Under the pieces are notes generated by a model. That model was not told the DNA's origin. It did no database searches and saw nothing but the letters and a program-made list of their open reading frames with translations. Below are positions 35,655 to 47,595 of a stretch of DNA of 64,000 bases, in pieces (the first letter of the stretch is position 1; every line of letters starts with the position of its first letter). This DNA comes from Squalus acanthias (Eukaryota). The DNA is taken from assembly GCA_030390025.1 (NCBI GenBank), contig CM059436.1:41850001-41914000 (forward strand). The letters run 5' to 3'. The position numbers and the translations under genes are program-made.

Positions 35655-37195
35655 GATTGGCTAAGTGACAGCACTCTCGCCACTGAATCAAAAGATTGTG
35701 GGGGCTTATTATTTGTGATGCAGGCAAGGCCACATTTATTTCCCACTTAGTTGCCCTGAGAATGTGCGGTGAACTTCTTATGGTGATGGTGCTCCCATGA
35801 CAGTGTTAGTTAGAGATTTCCAGTATATTTACCAAGTGATAAAGAAGGAACGGCAATATATGTCCAAGTCAGGATGGTGTGCGAGTTGGTGTTCCCATGA
35901 CATTGCTGTTCTTATCCTTCTCTGTGGTAGAAGTTGCAGGAAGATGCTGTTGAAGTAACCTTGGTGAGTTGCTGCAGTGCATCCTGTAGATCATACATGC
36001 TGCAGCCACAATGTGCTCGTGCTGAAGTGGTAAATATTGAGTCCAATGGCATTGGGGCTGATCAAGTGGACTGCTCTATCCTGATGTTGAGATTCTCGAG
36101 TTTTGCTGCAGTTGCACCCATCCAAGTGAGTGGCAAGTATTCCATCACTCTCTTGATTTGAGTTTCGTAGATGGTGAATAGGCGTTGAGGGGTCAAGAGG
36201 TGAGCATTAGTCTCAGAGTACCCAGCCTCTGCCCTGCTCTTGTAGTCACAGTGTTTATATGGCTGGTATAGTTAAGCTTCTGGTCAGTATTGACTTCCAA
36301 GGTGTTGATGGTGGAGGACTTGATGCTGTTGAAAGTCAGGGGACTATACCTTGGTTTTCTCTTGTTGGATATGGTCATTATCTGCCACTAAGGTTGCATG
36401 AATTTTATCTGCCACTTGTCAACTTAAGCCTAGATGTTATCCAGGTGCTGTTGTAGATTGGCATGAGCTGCTTCATGATCGGAAGAGATGTGAATGGAAA
36501 TTAACATTATGGAATCATCGGTGAGCAGCCCCACTCTTGACCTTATGAAAGTCATTGATGAAACAGTTGAGGAAGGTTGGGTCAAGGATGCTTCCCTGAG
36601 GATATCCTGCAGCTATGCCATGGGGCTGCGATGATTGGTTTTCAATAACCACAACCATCTTCCTTTGTGTCATGTATGACTTCTGCCACTGGAGGGTTTG
36701 CCTTTTGAACCATATTAATCTCAATTTTGCTTGGGTCACTCAGTGCCATACTCAGTTGAATGCTGCCTTGATATCAAGGGCAGCGACACTCACCTTCCCA
36801 CTGACATTTTTGTGTCCATGTCCATTATTGACTTGAAAACATAATCTAGATTGATGCTTCAGGGCAGTACTGAGGGAGTGCTGCTCTTTTGGAGGTACCA
36901 TTTTTTGGATCAAATGTTGAACCAGGCCCCTGCCAACTCTGTTTTGGTGGACATAAAATATCCAATGGCACTATTCAAAGAAGAGCAGGAAGTTTTTCTG
37001 GTGTCCTGCCAACATTACTTCCTCAACCAATACCACCAAAACAGATTAACGGGTCATTTATTTCGTTTGATGTTTGTGGGGCTTTGTGCACAAATTGGCT
37101 GCTGCCAAAAATATTTAATTGGCTGTGTTGCACTTTGGGATGTTCTGAGGATGCAGAAGTGCTGCAAAATATAAGTTTGTTCTTTCTTTTTCTGT
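35655..37195 (+). mobile_element. DeuSINE-like SINE split by a LINE insertion (head about 35655-35702, body about 36828-37195)
   Basis: Head GGCTAAGTGACAGCACTCTCGCCACTGAATCAAAAGATTGTGGG; body resumes at ACTTGAAAACATAATCTAG...GCAGTACTGAGGGAGTGCTGC. Confidence 0.7.
35705..36815 (-). mobile_element. CR1-group LINE family B, degenerate RT/3' fragment
   Basis: Fragments AGYPQGSILDPTFLNCFINDF and TRAGQRLG are homologous to 60770-62376. Confidence 0.85.
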
Positions 37196-39179
37196 AAGTG
37201 CTGTCAATGTCTCTCTACATGGACATACAGCCATTTTATTAGGGCAATAGCAGATGATGAGTAGTCTCTACTGTTAAGTTAAAAAGGTGAGTTTTTTTAA
37301 GCATCATTGGCAATCTTTTGGAAGAAAGGGCCAGTTTCAAACAGTGTATTCTGCCAATCCCTGGTAGTCTAGTGCCAGAACCCTGAAAGTGTAATGAGGA
37401 AACGGATAGCTGGAGGAATGGCAGTGGCCCATCTATTGAAATTGTGCACTCTACTCAGAATGGTAGTGGATTTTTATTATCATAGGCTAATCTGCTTTCC
37501 AACACTAGAGCTGTTTCATCTACATTAATCAGAACTAATAAATACTAACAGTATTTTGAGTTTCGCAGATTGATTCTATCATTCAGTCCCACTAAAGCTG
37601 TGTCTGAACACAGTCGGAATTAATGCAAATCTGTCTTTTCGGTGCATAAACATTTTATAATAAATATTGATTATTTTAGGCCTAGTGTGGTAAACTCTTG
37701 AACAGGAGATTCCAGGAATGCATTATATTTCTCAAAACTAAACAATGAGGGCATTATTACACTCCCAAGGCCATTTTTGCAACAGAATTCCAAAAGGTAG
37801 CTTCATAGTCCAAAAACAGCAGCTAGTGTTTATTTTACTATAACCTTGGACTTAAAATTGAAACAAAATAGAAAACCTTTTGCAGTGTGGTGGTGAAATT
37901 TGTTAAAACCTCTGTTCTGATCCATGAAGTGGTAGGATGTGCCTTTGTATGCTCCACACACTGAATTCCTAACTATTTTGCTGCTGTGGGTGTTGTGTTG
38001 GGAGGGGGGCGGGGGTTGGGGGTCGGGGGGCGGTGAGCAGGGTTGGGTCAAGTCTTTTTTAGTTTGATAAAATAATGGGATGCAGCTGGAGGCAAAGATT
38101 GGCTTACTGGGATCTCAATGGGGCAACAGATTGCCATTGTCCATGGTTAAATCCATATTTGAATTTGTGCATATGAGCGACAGAGTTCCAGGTGACAACA
38201 CTATGTGGGACTGAGATCTATAGGCAGGATAAACAGTGCTTGAAGCTTTGCTGCTGGCACCTGTGGTGGGTTCTGGAATAGGTAAAGACTTCTGAGATGC
38301 AGCATTCCTTGCTCCGAACAATAATACTGTGGTTTGACTTAAGTGCAAGAAGATTTTGCAGAAGACTGATAGCTCAGACATATCACTCCAGTGTAGGAGA
38401 GCACAGACTGTCATGGAGTAGGCAATCAAGTTTACTCATTTGAATGGCTTTGAATTGTACTAAATGCAGGAGCAAAAGAGTGAAAATAAGAAAGCACCTC
38501 CTAGTGACTGGCTTCAGAACATCAAAGGTGAAGGCCTTGGAAGCATATTATGTGCTATTTTGTCTGTGGATGGTGAATGGCACAGTTAGAATCAAGGGGA
38601 AGAAAGAAAACATTAAAGGTGGAGATGTGACCTCAAATAAAAAAAGTTCTACTCATTTTGTGTCAGCTACACTATAATATATTTTACCAAATGATTTTCC
38701 AGATTTTGAATTTTTTCCTTATTGTGTATTTTTATTTTAAAATTCATTTTATCTCTCTCATTGACCTTTCTCCTCACCCTTCAAAAGCTCTGCATCATGT
38801 CTCCCTTATTCATTTATTCTACCACTTTTGTATTGATATAATAGCTTTGGATTGATTTCAAGGCGAACGTGGGAGTATTTTTCTGACTATCAAGTGCACT
38901 AAATCTAAGGTGTGAGACCTCTTCAGAAGGCTGTCTCATATGTTTTAGTTCCCAAAGAATGCATTATAAATCCAGCCTCAGATCTATCACCCCTCAATTT
39001 CCTTGCATGCCTCTTTCTTAGCCACCCTTCTCCACCTCACCTACCAGAAAATCCCCCCCCCCCCCCCCACATGCTTCCTACCTGAATCTGTTCTGGAATT
39101 TTTAAAAAATATATAATTTTCTTCTTTCTTCCCCTCTCCCCCATATTGCTGTATGAAGTGGCTTTGGTTAATCTTCATA

Positions 39180-39315
39180 GAAGGTCCCACAAACAACAAT
39201 GAGATAGATGAATAGTTAATCAGTTTTGGTGATGTTGAGAAATGAATGTTAGCCAGGACACTGGGAGAACTTCCATTGCATTTTTTTAATGTCCACTTTA
39301 AGTTTATCATCTCAT
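39180..39315 (-). mobile_element. SINE central-domain fragment
   Basis: TCCCACAAACAACAATGAGATA...GCCAGGACACTGGGAGAACT resembles 58268-58356. Confidence 0.65.
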
Positions 39316-41341
39316 GGGATAGAAGAGATCATCCCACCCTTACAACATGTGGTTCTGTACGTCAATGAGAGATTCAACAGTAGTTCTGAATTATAGAGCA
39401 ATCAACCCAATATGGAAGGATTCCCAGAGATGGAGTGAAGGGGATTTTCATAGGATCAGGAAGGTTGTTCAAATGGGGAAGGAGTAGCTAACAGTTTTTG
39501 TATGTATATGACTCAAAGTAATTCACCTAGGTCCCACTTTTTTTTAGTGATTTCTCTAAACTTTAAACATGTATGCATAGGCGTCAGAAGAAAACGAGAA
39601 ACTACTTGTATGAAGATTCACGCTAGAATTGTTTTGTGAGTTGTGTTTTCTGTTCTTTTTTAATTTCAAAATTATAATAAAATCCTGCTACATCAGAAAA
39701 AGTCCTGTTTTCTAGTTATTCTTTTATTAAACAACCCTCAAATACTCATTTAAGAGTATCTTAGTTATAATTAGTATTTGTAGGATCTGTAAACTTTGTT
39801 ATTGGCTAGAATAATAAATTCAGAAGTAATTTTACTGATCTTCTAAAGAGATGCTCTTTTTTCATAAAATGGCAAGGGCTTGTTGTTAAATTGTGTTAAA
39901 CTTTCACCCAAGGAATTTTTATTGGGCCTTCAGACCTTGTTTTATTCAAAATGTAATTTTCTTGTACAGTTATTCCTCCTAAGGATACTTTCTTTTTTCT
40001 TTAAAAAAAAGTAATTTAAATTGGGGAATCAAATCTGCCAATGCAACAGGTCTGAATTCCTTTCATCCTGTCTCTAGGTTAGCTGGACTATTAGGCAATT
40101 ATTGCTGGACCACAAATTGCCTGGAGAATGAGATAAGGAAGCACATTCTGACTCTTTTGTCATACCTCAGAACCTGAGGGTAGAGACAGTATTACTATTG
40201 CATTGATCATCTATCCCTACAGAATTCTACAGTTTTAAGATGGCAATCGTTGGAGGAGTGGACGGTCAGTGACATGTATGGAAGTTATTTTCTGTTTGAG
40301 TCAGGTGTTGAAAATTACATTTTTTCTTTGCTTTTGTTAAAATAATTAATCATTTTTGATCTGGAGAGGAAACAGGCTCAGCATTTACACTGCATCATGC
40401 CAATTTTTTTTCTTTAATCAGAATTCTGGCACATTAATGTGAATGTACAGCAAAAATTGGTTCAAATTCAATAACTAATATTTATTTATCGGCATAAACT
40501 GGTGCTTTACAGTGCCAGAAGTAAATCAGAATGGCATCTTCAGAGACAGTATATCATTGTCTATATCTTTGATATTTTGTCTCCACTAGTACAGCACTCT
40601 CTTTTGCCATGATTTGTTGGTGTACACATACAATTTTTGCTTCGGGTTTCATTGGGATATGTGATTAACGAATGAACAGAACTGGTAGTGTTGTAATGTT
40701 AATGACCAGGCTCATTCCAGTTGCATGTACAAGATCCAGAGGAAGAAGAAGGGAGGTTTTACAATTTGGGTCTGTGATATGTAGAACATTTTGTATTGTA
40801 AATGATTGAAACTGTTCTTTTCCCCAAGTGAAACTGATCACTTAACTCACAAGTGACAGCTGTTGAGTCAGTTAAAAGGTCAGCCTCACCAGTAGAAGTC
40901 GGCCATGGAGGGAGCATTCATGCCACAACCTGTCAGACTGTTAATCAGCCTGTGAATCCTTCCACTACTTCACACTATTCTCCAAGGGAAGAGTGTGATG
41001 ATACAAAAACAACCACCAGCGGAAGTAAAATTACATCCAACCAATTACTGTGCACTGTTCTATTTAATGAAACATTTGGAGAAGTAAACTGTCAGGTATA
41101 TTTTTGAAAAATTGAAAATTGAGAATACACGTGTGCAATGTTGTGAGTTGGCTGCTATCGATATGCAGAGTGATTCAGTGCAACAGAAGTGGTGCTCCCG
41201 AATACTTTGACGGTGACATCTTCACTTTTTTTCACAATTCTTGTCATGAAGTGGTGACTCATGCTGGAGTATGATTCCATAGCTACTGGCAGTCCTCTGG
41301 CACCGCGTCCAAGTGGCTGTTTCTCATGTGTGAGCATAGAT

Positions 41342-42183
41342 TAGGGTTCCCAACCTTCCAGAAATGACCGGGAGCTTCCTGGAACCGGGGGTTCCTATCG
41401 CGAGCACTGCCTCCAGCAGCCCGGGAGATGAACAACTTAAACTTCACATGGCAGTGCGCCCCCATGAAAAATAGACACATGCAGTACCGAAAATAATGAC
41501 TCACTGTTAGCCTGGCGTCGGGAGTCAAAACGAGGTTAAACCATATTAATCACGGGGGTGGGGGGGGGGGGGAAGAGGGGCTTGAAATCGTGGGGGGCCT
41601 AAAATCATGGGGGGGGCAGAAATCGCCTGGGGGCTCAAGAGTTGGGGAGAGATGGGGAATGGGGGCTGGGGGGGGGGGGAGAGATGGAGACTGGCGGCAT
41701 GAGGGAAGAGCTGAAGAGAATGGTTTCTCCTTTTCCCTGCCCTCGGTTTCCCCACTTCGCCTGCTCATGGGTGGCCTCCTGGTTCTTGGAACTTCTCACA
41801 CAACAGCTGCTGGCATGAAACCACAAATAAAGATGCTCAACTACAGGGGACCCAACCTTTATACGGTAAATCCAATAAGATTTGTAGACGTCATGTGGCC
41901 CGATGTCATGTGATCCGATGTCATAAGAACATAAGAAATAGGAGCAGGAGTAGGCCATACGGTCCCTCGAGCCTGCTCCATCATTCAATAAGATCATGGC
42001 TGATCATCGACCACAATTCCACTTTCCCATCCGATCTCCATATCCCTTGATTCCCCTAGAGTCCAAAACATCCATGTGATCTGATGTTATGTGATCTAAT
42101 GTCACATGGTCAGATGTCATGTGGTCAGAACATCATGTGATCAAACCCCCCAGGCATGCCTCCAACCAGAGTTGGCAACCCAA
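41342..42183. mobile_element. Non-autonomous hAT (Tip100-like) DNA transposon
   Basis: TIRs TAGGGTTCCCAAC / GTTGGCAACCCAA; perfect 8-bp TSD GCATAGAT (41334-41341, 42184-42191). Confidence 0.9.
41922..42072 (-). mobile_element. CR1 3' end nested in the hAT element
   Basis: ATAAGAACATAAGAAATAGGAGCAGGAGTAGGCCAT is identical to the start of 60029-64000. Confidence 0.85.
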
Positions 42184-43815
42184 GCATAGATGGTGAGTGT
42201 CAACGTGCTAGTCAGTCTTAGGGGGTATCACAGTTGAGCACATTACTGCCTTTGCCTTCTATCTGTACCCAGATACTTTTCAGCAAGAGTTTCTGGAAAG
42301 GGATCAAGAACAGAACTTTGGTTGATTTATTTTCCCTCCCCTTCCTAGCCTGTAACACTGAGACCAATATTAATGTCCCACTATTTCCTCTGCTGAAATC
42401 AGCTGACAGCACAGCCCAAAGATTGATCTTGGGATTGTTCTGGTCTGTATGGCTCAATATCACACCACACAGTACAGTTATCTAGTGAGTCATCAGAGGG
42501 GTCCTGGCATGTTCATTTAATTCTTTTGAAAGCAGAGACTGTAATGGAAAGAGGTAGATCTGAAGAATTGCTGTGGAGAATGTAAGGAAGATGGCTTTGG
42601 AATAAGTTTTTGGAGCCTGACTCTTTCATGGTTGGCTGTTTGTAGCCTTATGATATGAAGAAGGCATTCAGCAGTGGCAGAGATGTTACTTGGAAATACT
42701 TTTTCAGAAATGTGAAAATGAAGAGAGGGAAATATGATCCTGGTTTTATCAAGAGATTAGGACCAGAAAATTCTCATTACTGGGCAAAAGTTACTAGCAA
42801 GTGTGGGTTTTTTCCTTTGCTCATTTTGTACTTTTATTTAGATATATAGGCCTGTACTATTCCAAGACTTGACAGGTAGCTAAACAAACTTATTCCAGGC
42901 CACTCTTGAACCAGTTGTTAATGAGTGTGTGGAAGCAGAGTGGGTTGACTTGCCCTTGGATTTTTCTCCTCCCCTCTGTAGAATTGGGATTACCTCTATT
43001 TGGCACCTTCAGCAATAACCAGATTAAGATTGAGAGAAAAAAAATGGGAAGTTGAGACTAGAAATTCCATTTAACTCAATAGGAGGGAGCTTAATATTTA
43101 CCTAATAGTCTGACTAGTGTTTGTACTCTGCAACTTTGCCAATAGTTTGCAACTCTTTCAGGTTACTACAGTAGACCTTTGGTTGTCTTTATCAAATCAT
43201 ATATACAGTATCTTGCCAACAGATGTGGGGAAAGTAGGTATTTCAGCTGCTAGCATACCAATCACTGTGGAGAGCAATGAATAGGAACAAGGAAATTGAG
43301 AAGAAGAGTTTGGAGAGGAAATTAATGTATGGAAAGTGTTAGTATGTGGCGTGAAGAATGGTGATGGGATGAGTAACCTCAGGCTTATTGTTTTGTTTAA
43401 TTTTTTTGTCAAGACTATTTACCCCATCCCTCTCAATGAAGGGTGTACACCCTCTGTATTCTTCAAGATCTGTGTCTGCTAGTCACTCGCCTCTGCTGCT
43501 GACAGAGTGGACATCCTCTTTCTAGACCTTCTCCAGTGTCCCCCTTTACTATCTGCTGGCAAGTATGTGCTAGTTACCAGCAGTGATACTCCCATTATTC
43601 TTTTCTGTTCCTTTTCTTCTGCACAGGGGGAGTGGGTGGAGCGGGGAATCAAACCTATTATCTTCCACGATGCTACACGTTAGCACTGCAGTACACCACC
43701 CTGTTCAGGGTTGTTGCTGAATATGAAGCTCATTGATTCCAGCTAATCAAACTGTTGGCCTGATAGGTTGATTAGAAAGCGTGTCATCTTGGAGTTTGTG
43801 GTGGACAGAGGCAGT

Positions 43816-44407
43816 GGCCTAGAAATTGATTCATACTGGCAGGCTGGTGTGAACTAGTCACAGGCAGCAATCACTGCGCCGAAACGGGTAGGCCCAAGGT
43901 ACACCCAATATTGGGCCTCGGCCCTCACTTCAATGAGACCGGCAGGCTGCAGACACTTGCTGGGTGCCCCCACGCAGCTCGCCAATGAATCGGCATCGAA
44001 TTTCAGATGGTTGAGTCACCAGAAGTGGCCCTCAGGTAGGTCCTGTGAGGTGGCGAGGTGATCAAGAGGGGACCAAACGGGAGCCGGCAACAGGTAAGCA
44101 TTTCTTAACAAAGTTCCCTGTTTTGATGGCGGCTGCATGTAGACCACATTTTCTTGAAATCAGCCAGCCCAGTTCAATTTTGCGAAGAGAGCCTCAAGCC
44201 GCCTTTCGGCCTGCTATTTGCATATGCAAAGGGTCTAACGCTTGTTTCAGGCGCGGGCCCAGGATGCCTCTTTTTCTGCCTTTACCAATATGGCGGGCAG
44301 CGCACCTCTGGTGCGATATGCGCACGCTCCCTGCCACCCCCATGTTGGACACGTTGGCGTCTATTTTACAGGTGTAAAATAGGTGCCATGCCAACCAATT
44401 TCAAGCC
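43816..44407. mobile_element. Harbinger-type MITE
   Basis: TIRs GGCCTAGAAATTG / CAATTTCAAGCC; flanks AGT / AAT. Confidence 0.7.
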
Positions 44408-45811
44408 AATGTGTCTGAAAGGTAGGGGTAAACAAACCATGCTCAGCAAAATGTTAATTAATAATAGTTATGAGTCCTTTTATGCAGAAACTGCCATATT
44501 CATTTTTTTCATAATTCACTTGTCTTTAATGTCAAATTATTATTCAATGGCTTTAAAGGCATTAGTATTTAAAATCAATGGATCTTTGAAAATAGTTCCA
44601 TATAAATTAGTAATCACATTAAGGGTTGTTTTTTCTGCAATTATGTGATAATTTGTAAATAATTTGTTTTTCAAGAAATTATAGCGCTCTCGAATAAAGC
44701 ATTTTACTGGCTGTTTTTCTTTAACATAATTTTGACAGACATGCAGATAATTACTAGCTGATAACATGTCCTGATCTGTGATATGATCTATTTAAGATGT
44801 CTCAAATCCTAGGACAAGACTAATGTCTAAAAGACTAAAAATATTATATAAATACTTCTATATACATTCTAACCTTTTTATCATATAACAAGACTGTTGT
44901 TTCTTTTGATAATTGGATATTTATGTGTTGATCAGTATATTTCTAATTCTTTCAAAGCTATGATATATGATACTGCAGGTGGATGCATACAGTAATTTAA
45001 GGGCAACAATCTACAAATATGAGTGCTACCATTTAATAAGATTCTGTTCAATATTTATATGACAACGTGTTTTAGCTGCACTTTATTGTAATTTTTTTGA
45101 ATAAAGTTTCATTAAATATACTTACTAAGGTTGAATGTAAACCTACAGAGAATACAATATACCTACATTCACAGCTTATCACGTTATAAAAAGGGATACA
45201 TGCAGGGGGAATGGAATTAGCAATAATTTTAAATCTCTTCTATGTACACAGTAAATTGGCTCTCTGCATGGTGGCGTCAATTGCCCTGATTATTATAGGA
45301 AGCGATTATTACAGCATATGGCTCTGAGCGTGAACAAAACAAATGCAATGACTTCAGTCTTGGAGAGAAGCAAAGCAAAAAATGGATTTTTGTTAATGTG
45401 TTTGTGCAGACTTCCTTTTACTGATAACCAGGGATCTTTGACCTATGCAGGATATAATCCCAAAATTTGTAATCATGTGAGCGAGATCCTATATGGGTGT
45501 GGAATCAAATTAATTTCAAACCATGTTTCATGATAGTGTCAGAAATAGTCATCTACTTTATAGTAGTGAGTCCAGTATTTCCACTTTTTAATGGAGAGGA
45601 CAATTAAACCAAATCAAAACAAAATACCAGAGAACATAGTTTCACTTACAGACTAAATGGAGTAGGTAAGGTGCAACACTTATACACAGATCTTTATGAT
45701 ATAGGCTTCTTACAGCCTCTTACAGTGTAAAGCAGGAATTGATACTATCGAAAGAACTGCATACAATGGGTTTAAATGCTACTGAACATGATCAATATAA
45801 TATACAATAAT

Positions 45812-46521
45812 GGCCCTGAATTTCCGATTGGAAGCTTCCTGCAGGCAGATGCCTCCGATCAAAAAAAATTCTACGAACCTACCTGCTGGTTCCGTAGATA
45901 CCGAGGCTTCCGATCCTGGGCCTCTCCTCTTCGAAATGCGCAGAGGCCCATGTATCCCAGAGGCGCATGCGGTTCACAAGCGCCCCTGGGACCACGTGGG
46001 CCAGCCCAAACAATGGAAGAAGGGAATCCCCCTTCATAGTTTTGACAGTTCCATATGTACAGAACTGTCAAAAGTATGAATGGGGATAACTGCAAAAATG
46101 CACCAACACATTGAAATAAATAAAGAAAAATCATTACATATATAAAATTAATTAAAATGGCATTTAATGCAATTATGTTAAACAAAAATGTAATTTTATG
46201 AATTTTTTTAAATAGGTTTTAACAGGGCTTAATATAACCTTACTTTATTGGACAGGGTTTTTATTTTATAAGTGAGTGATAAAATCTTATTCTTCTATTT
46301 TTTTAAACTTTTATGCTGGTAAAAGCAGGCCTTACGCCTGCTTTTACCAGGCATAAGAATTCTATGGCCTTTCAGCGGGCGGAAGTTGTGCAAAAAGCGC
46401 AACTCTTCACCCGCACAGGCACTTTTCTTAGGCATGCGGATGCCTAAACCCGGAACTTGCGTGGCCCCTATGGGCGCGTACACACCTCGTACGCACCCGT
46501 GGCGGTCGGAAATTCTGGGCA
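45812..46521. mobile_element. Harbinger-type MITE
   Basis: TIRs GGCCCTGAATTTCC / GGAAATTCTGGGCA; 3-bp TSD AAT on both sides. Confidence 0.8.
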
Positions 46522-46559
46522 AATGTTTCAATGTGAAATGAGGGCATATACATGGGGAA

Positions 46560-46750
46560 AATGTGGGCATCAGGATTCTTCATATCAACACATGGCATTT
46601 ATAGGAGGGAAGGTTTTCATTCAGTTATTATTCAGGTGATATCTGACCACAGAACCATCATCATGCATATCAGTGGCCATTATTCAGGAAGTAGTCATGA
46701 TGCTTTCATTGTGTGCCAATCCACAGTGCTCGCATTACCTGATAGAGAAC
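46560..46750 (+). pseudogene. PIF/Harbinger (HARBI1-like) DDE transposase fragment
   Basis: YRREGFHSVIIQVISDHRTIIMHISGHYSGSSHDAFI matches the family motif NRKGFHS.NVQ...D.........YPGS.HD.FI. Confidence 0.75.
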
Positions 46751-46799
46751 ATTGAGTGGATCACTGTTAGAATATCTATGACTGCCAACCCACTGACAA

Positions 46800-47105
46800 A
46801 TCCTTAAACAGCAGAAGAGCACCTCATTCTAGGTGTCTCATCATCTGTTTGCTGTCCCTCGGTTGCCACCTCCACCATCAAAAGTGTGCCTTGCAGTTGG
46901 CAATTGTTGTGAACAATGCTTGAAATGTTACCTCCCAGAGAGTGTGGCAGTTCCCAACTTAGGTTTGTACCATGTTTAATGGGCCCCACATGACTACAGT
47001 GGTTCAAGAAAAAGGCTCACCACCAACTCTCAAAGGCAATTAAGGATGAGCAATAAATGCTGGCTTTGCTAGAGATGCCCGTATCCCAAGAATGAATAAT
47101 AAAAA
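46800..47105 (+). mobile_element. LINE family B 3' end
   Basis: GGTTCAAGAA..GGCTCACCACC...GCAATAAATGCTGGC...GAATAATAAAAA as at 62270-62376. Confidence 0.75.
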
Positions 47106-47595
47106 CAAATTTAAATATGTCAATGTATTGTTTACAATAATACTGAAAATCTTGTGTATTAAATAGACAGTTGGGTTGAACAACTACTTTGAATAGAGGC
47201 AATGCAAAATAAGTGATGTATCCATCTTTGGTCCTTTTTATTTACTGATTTTGTTGTCACTATCTCCTCTAATCAGAACTAGAACTCTAACAGCTTCTCC
47301 AACACTGAAGCTGCCTCTAATTAGTATGGTTTGTCATTTTCTGCCAAACACTTCTTTTCTTCTAAGTGATTCTTAACTTCCTATAAATTCCAAGTTCATC
47401 CAGTACTTTAACATTGCTTCCACATCAGAGAGGATTTATTAGCATCACTTTTGTATTGCTAGACAGGATAAAGAAAACACTCTGTTCCATCACAATCTTT
47501 CTTGTCTTTTTCTATTACTACTACTAAGGTCACTAACCTTATGAATTTTCCCTTTCTTATTCCCCCAAAGCTCTAAATATGCCCTATAACACACT

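Larger units (their letters stand above)
41255..42500 (-). mobile_element. Old SINE-like repeat (copy 3), split by a hAT element
   Basis: Both flanks of the hAT insertion join into a sequence homologous to 13090-13500. Confidence 0.6.

Noticed and set aside
41889-42142. Short repeats with intervening sequence resembling a CRISPR array
   Set aside because: Eukaryotic context; degenerate tandem 15-mers without unique spacers, inside a hAT element.
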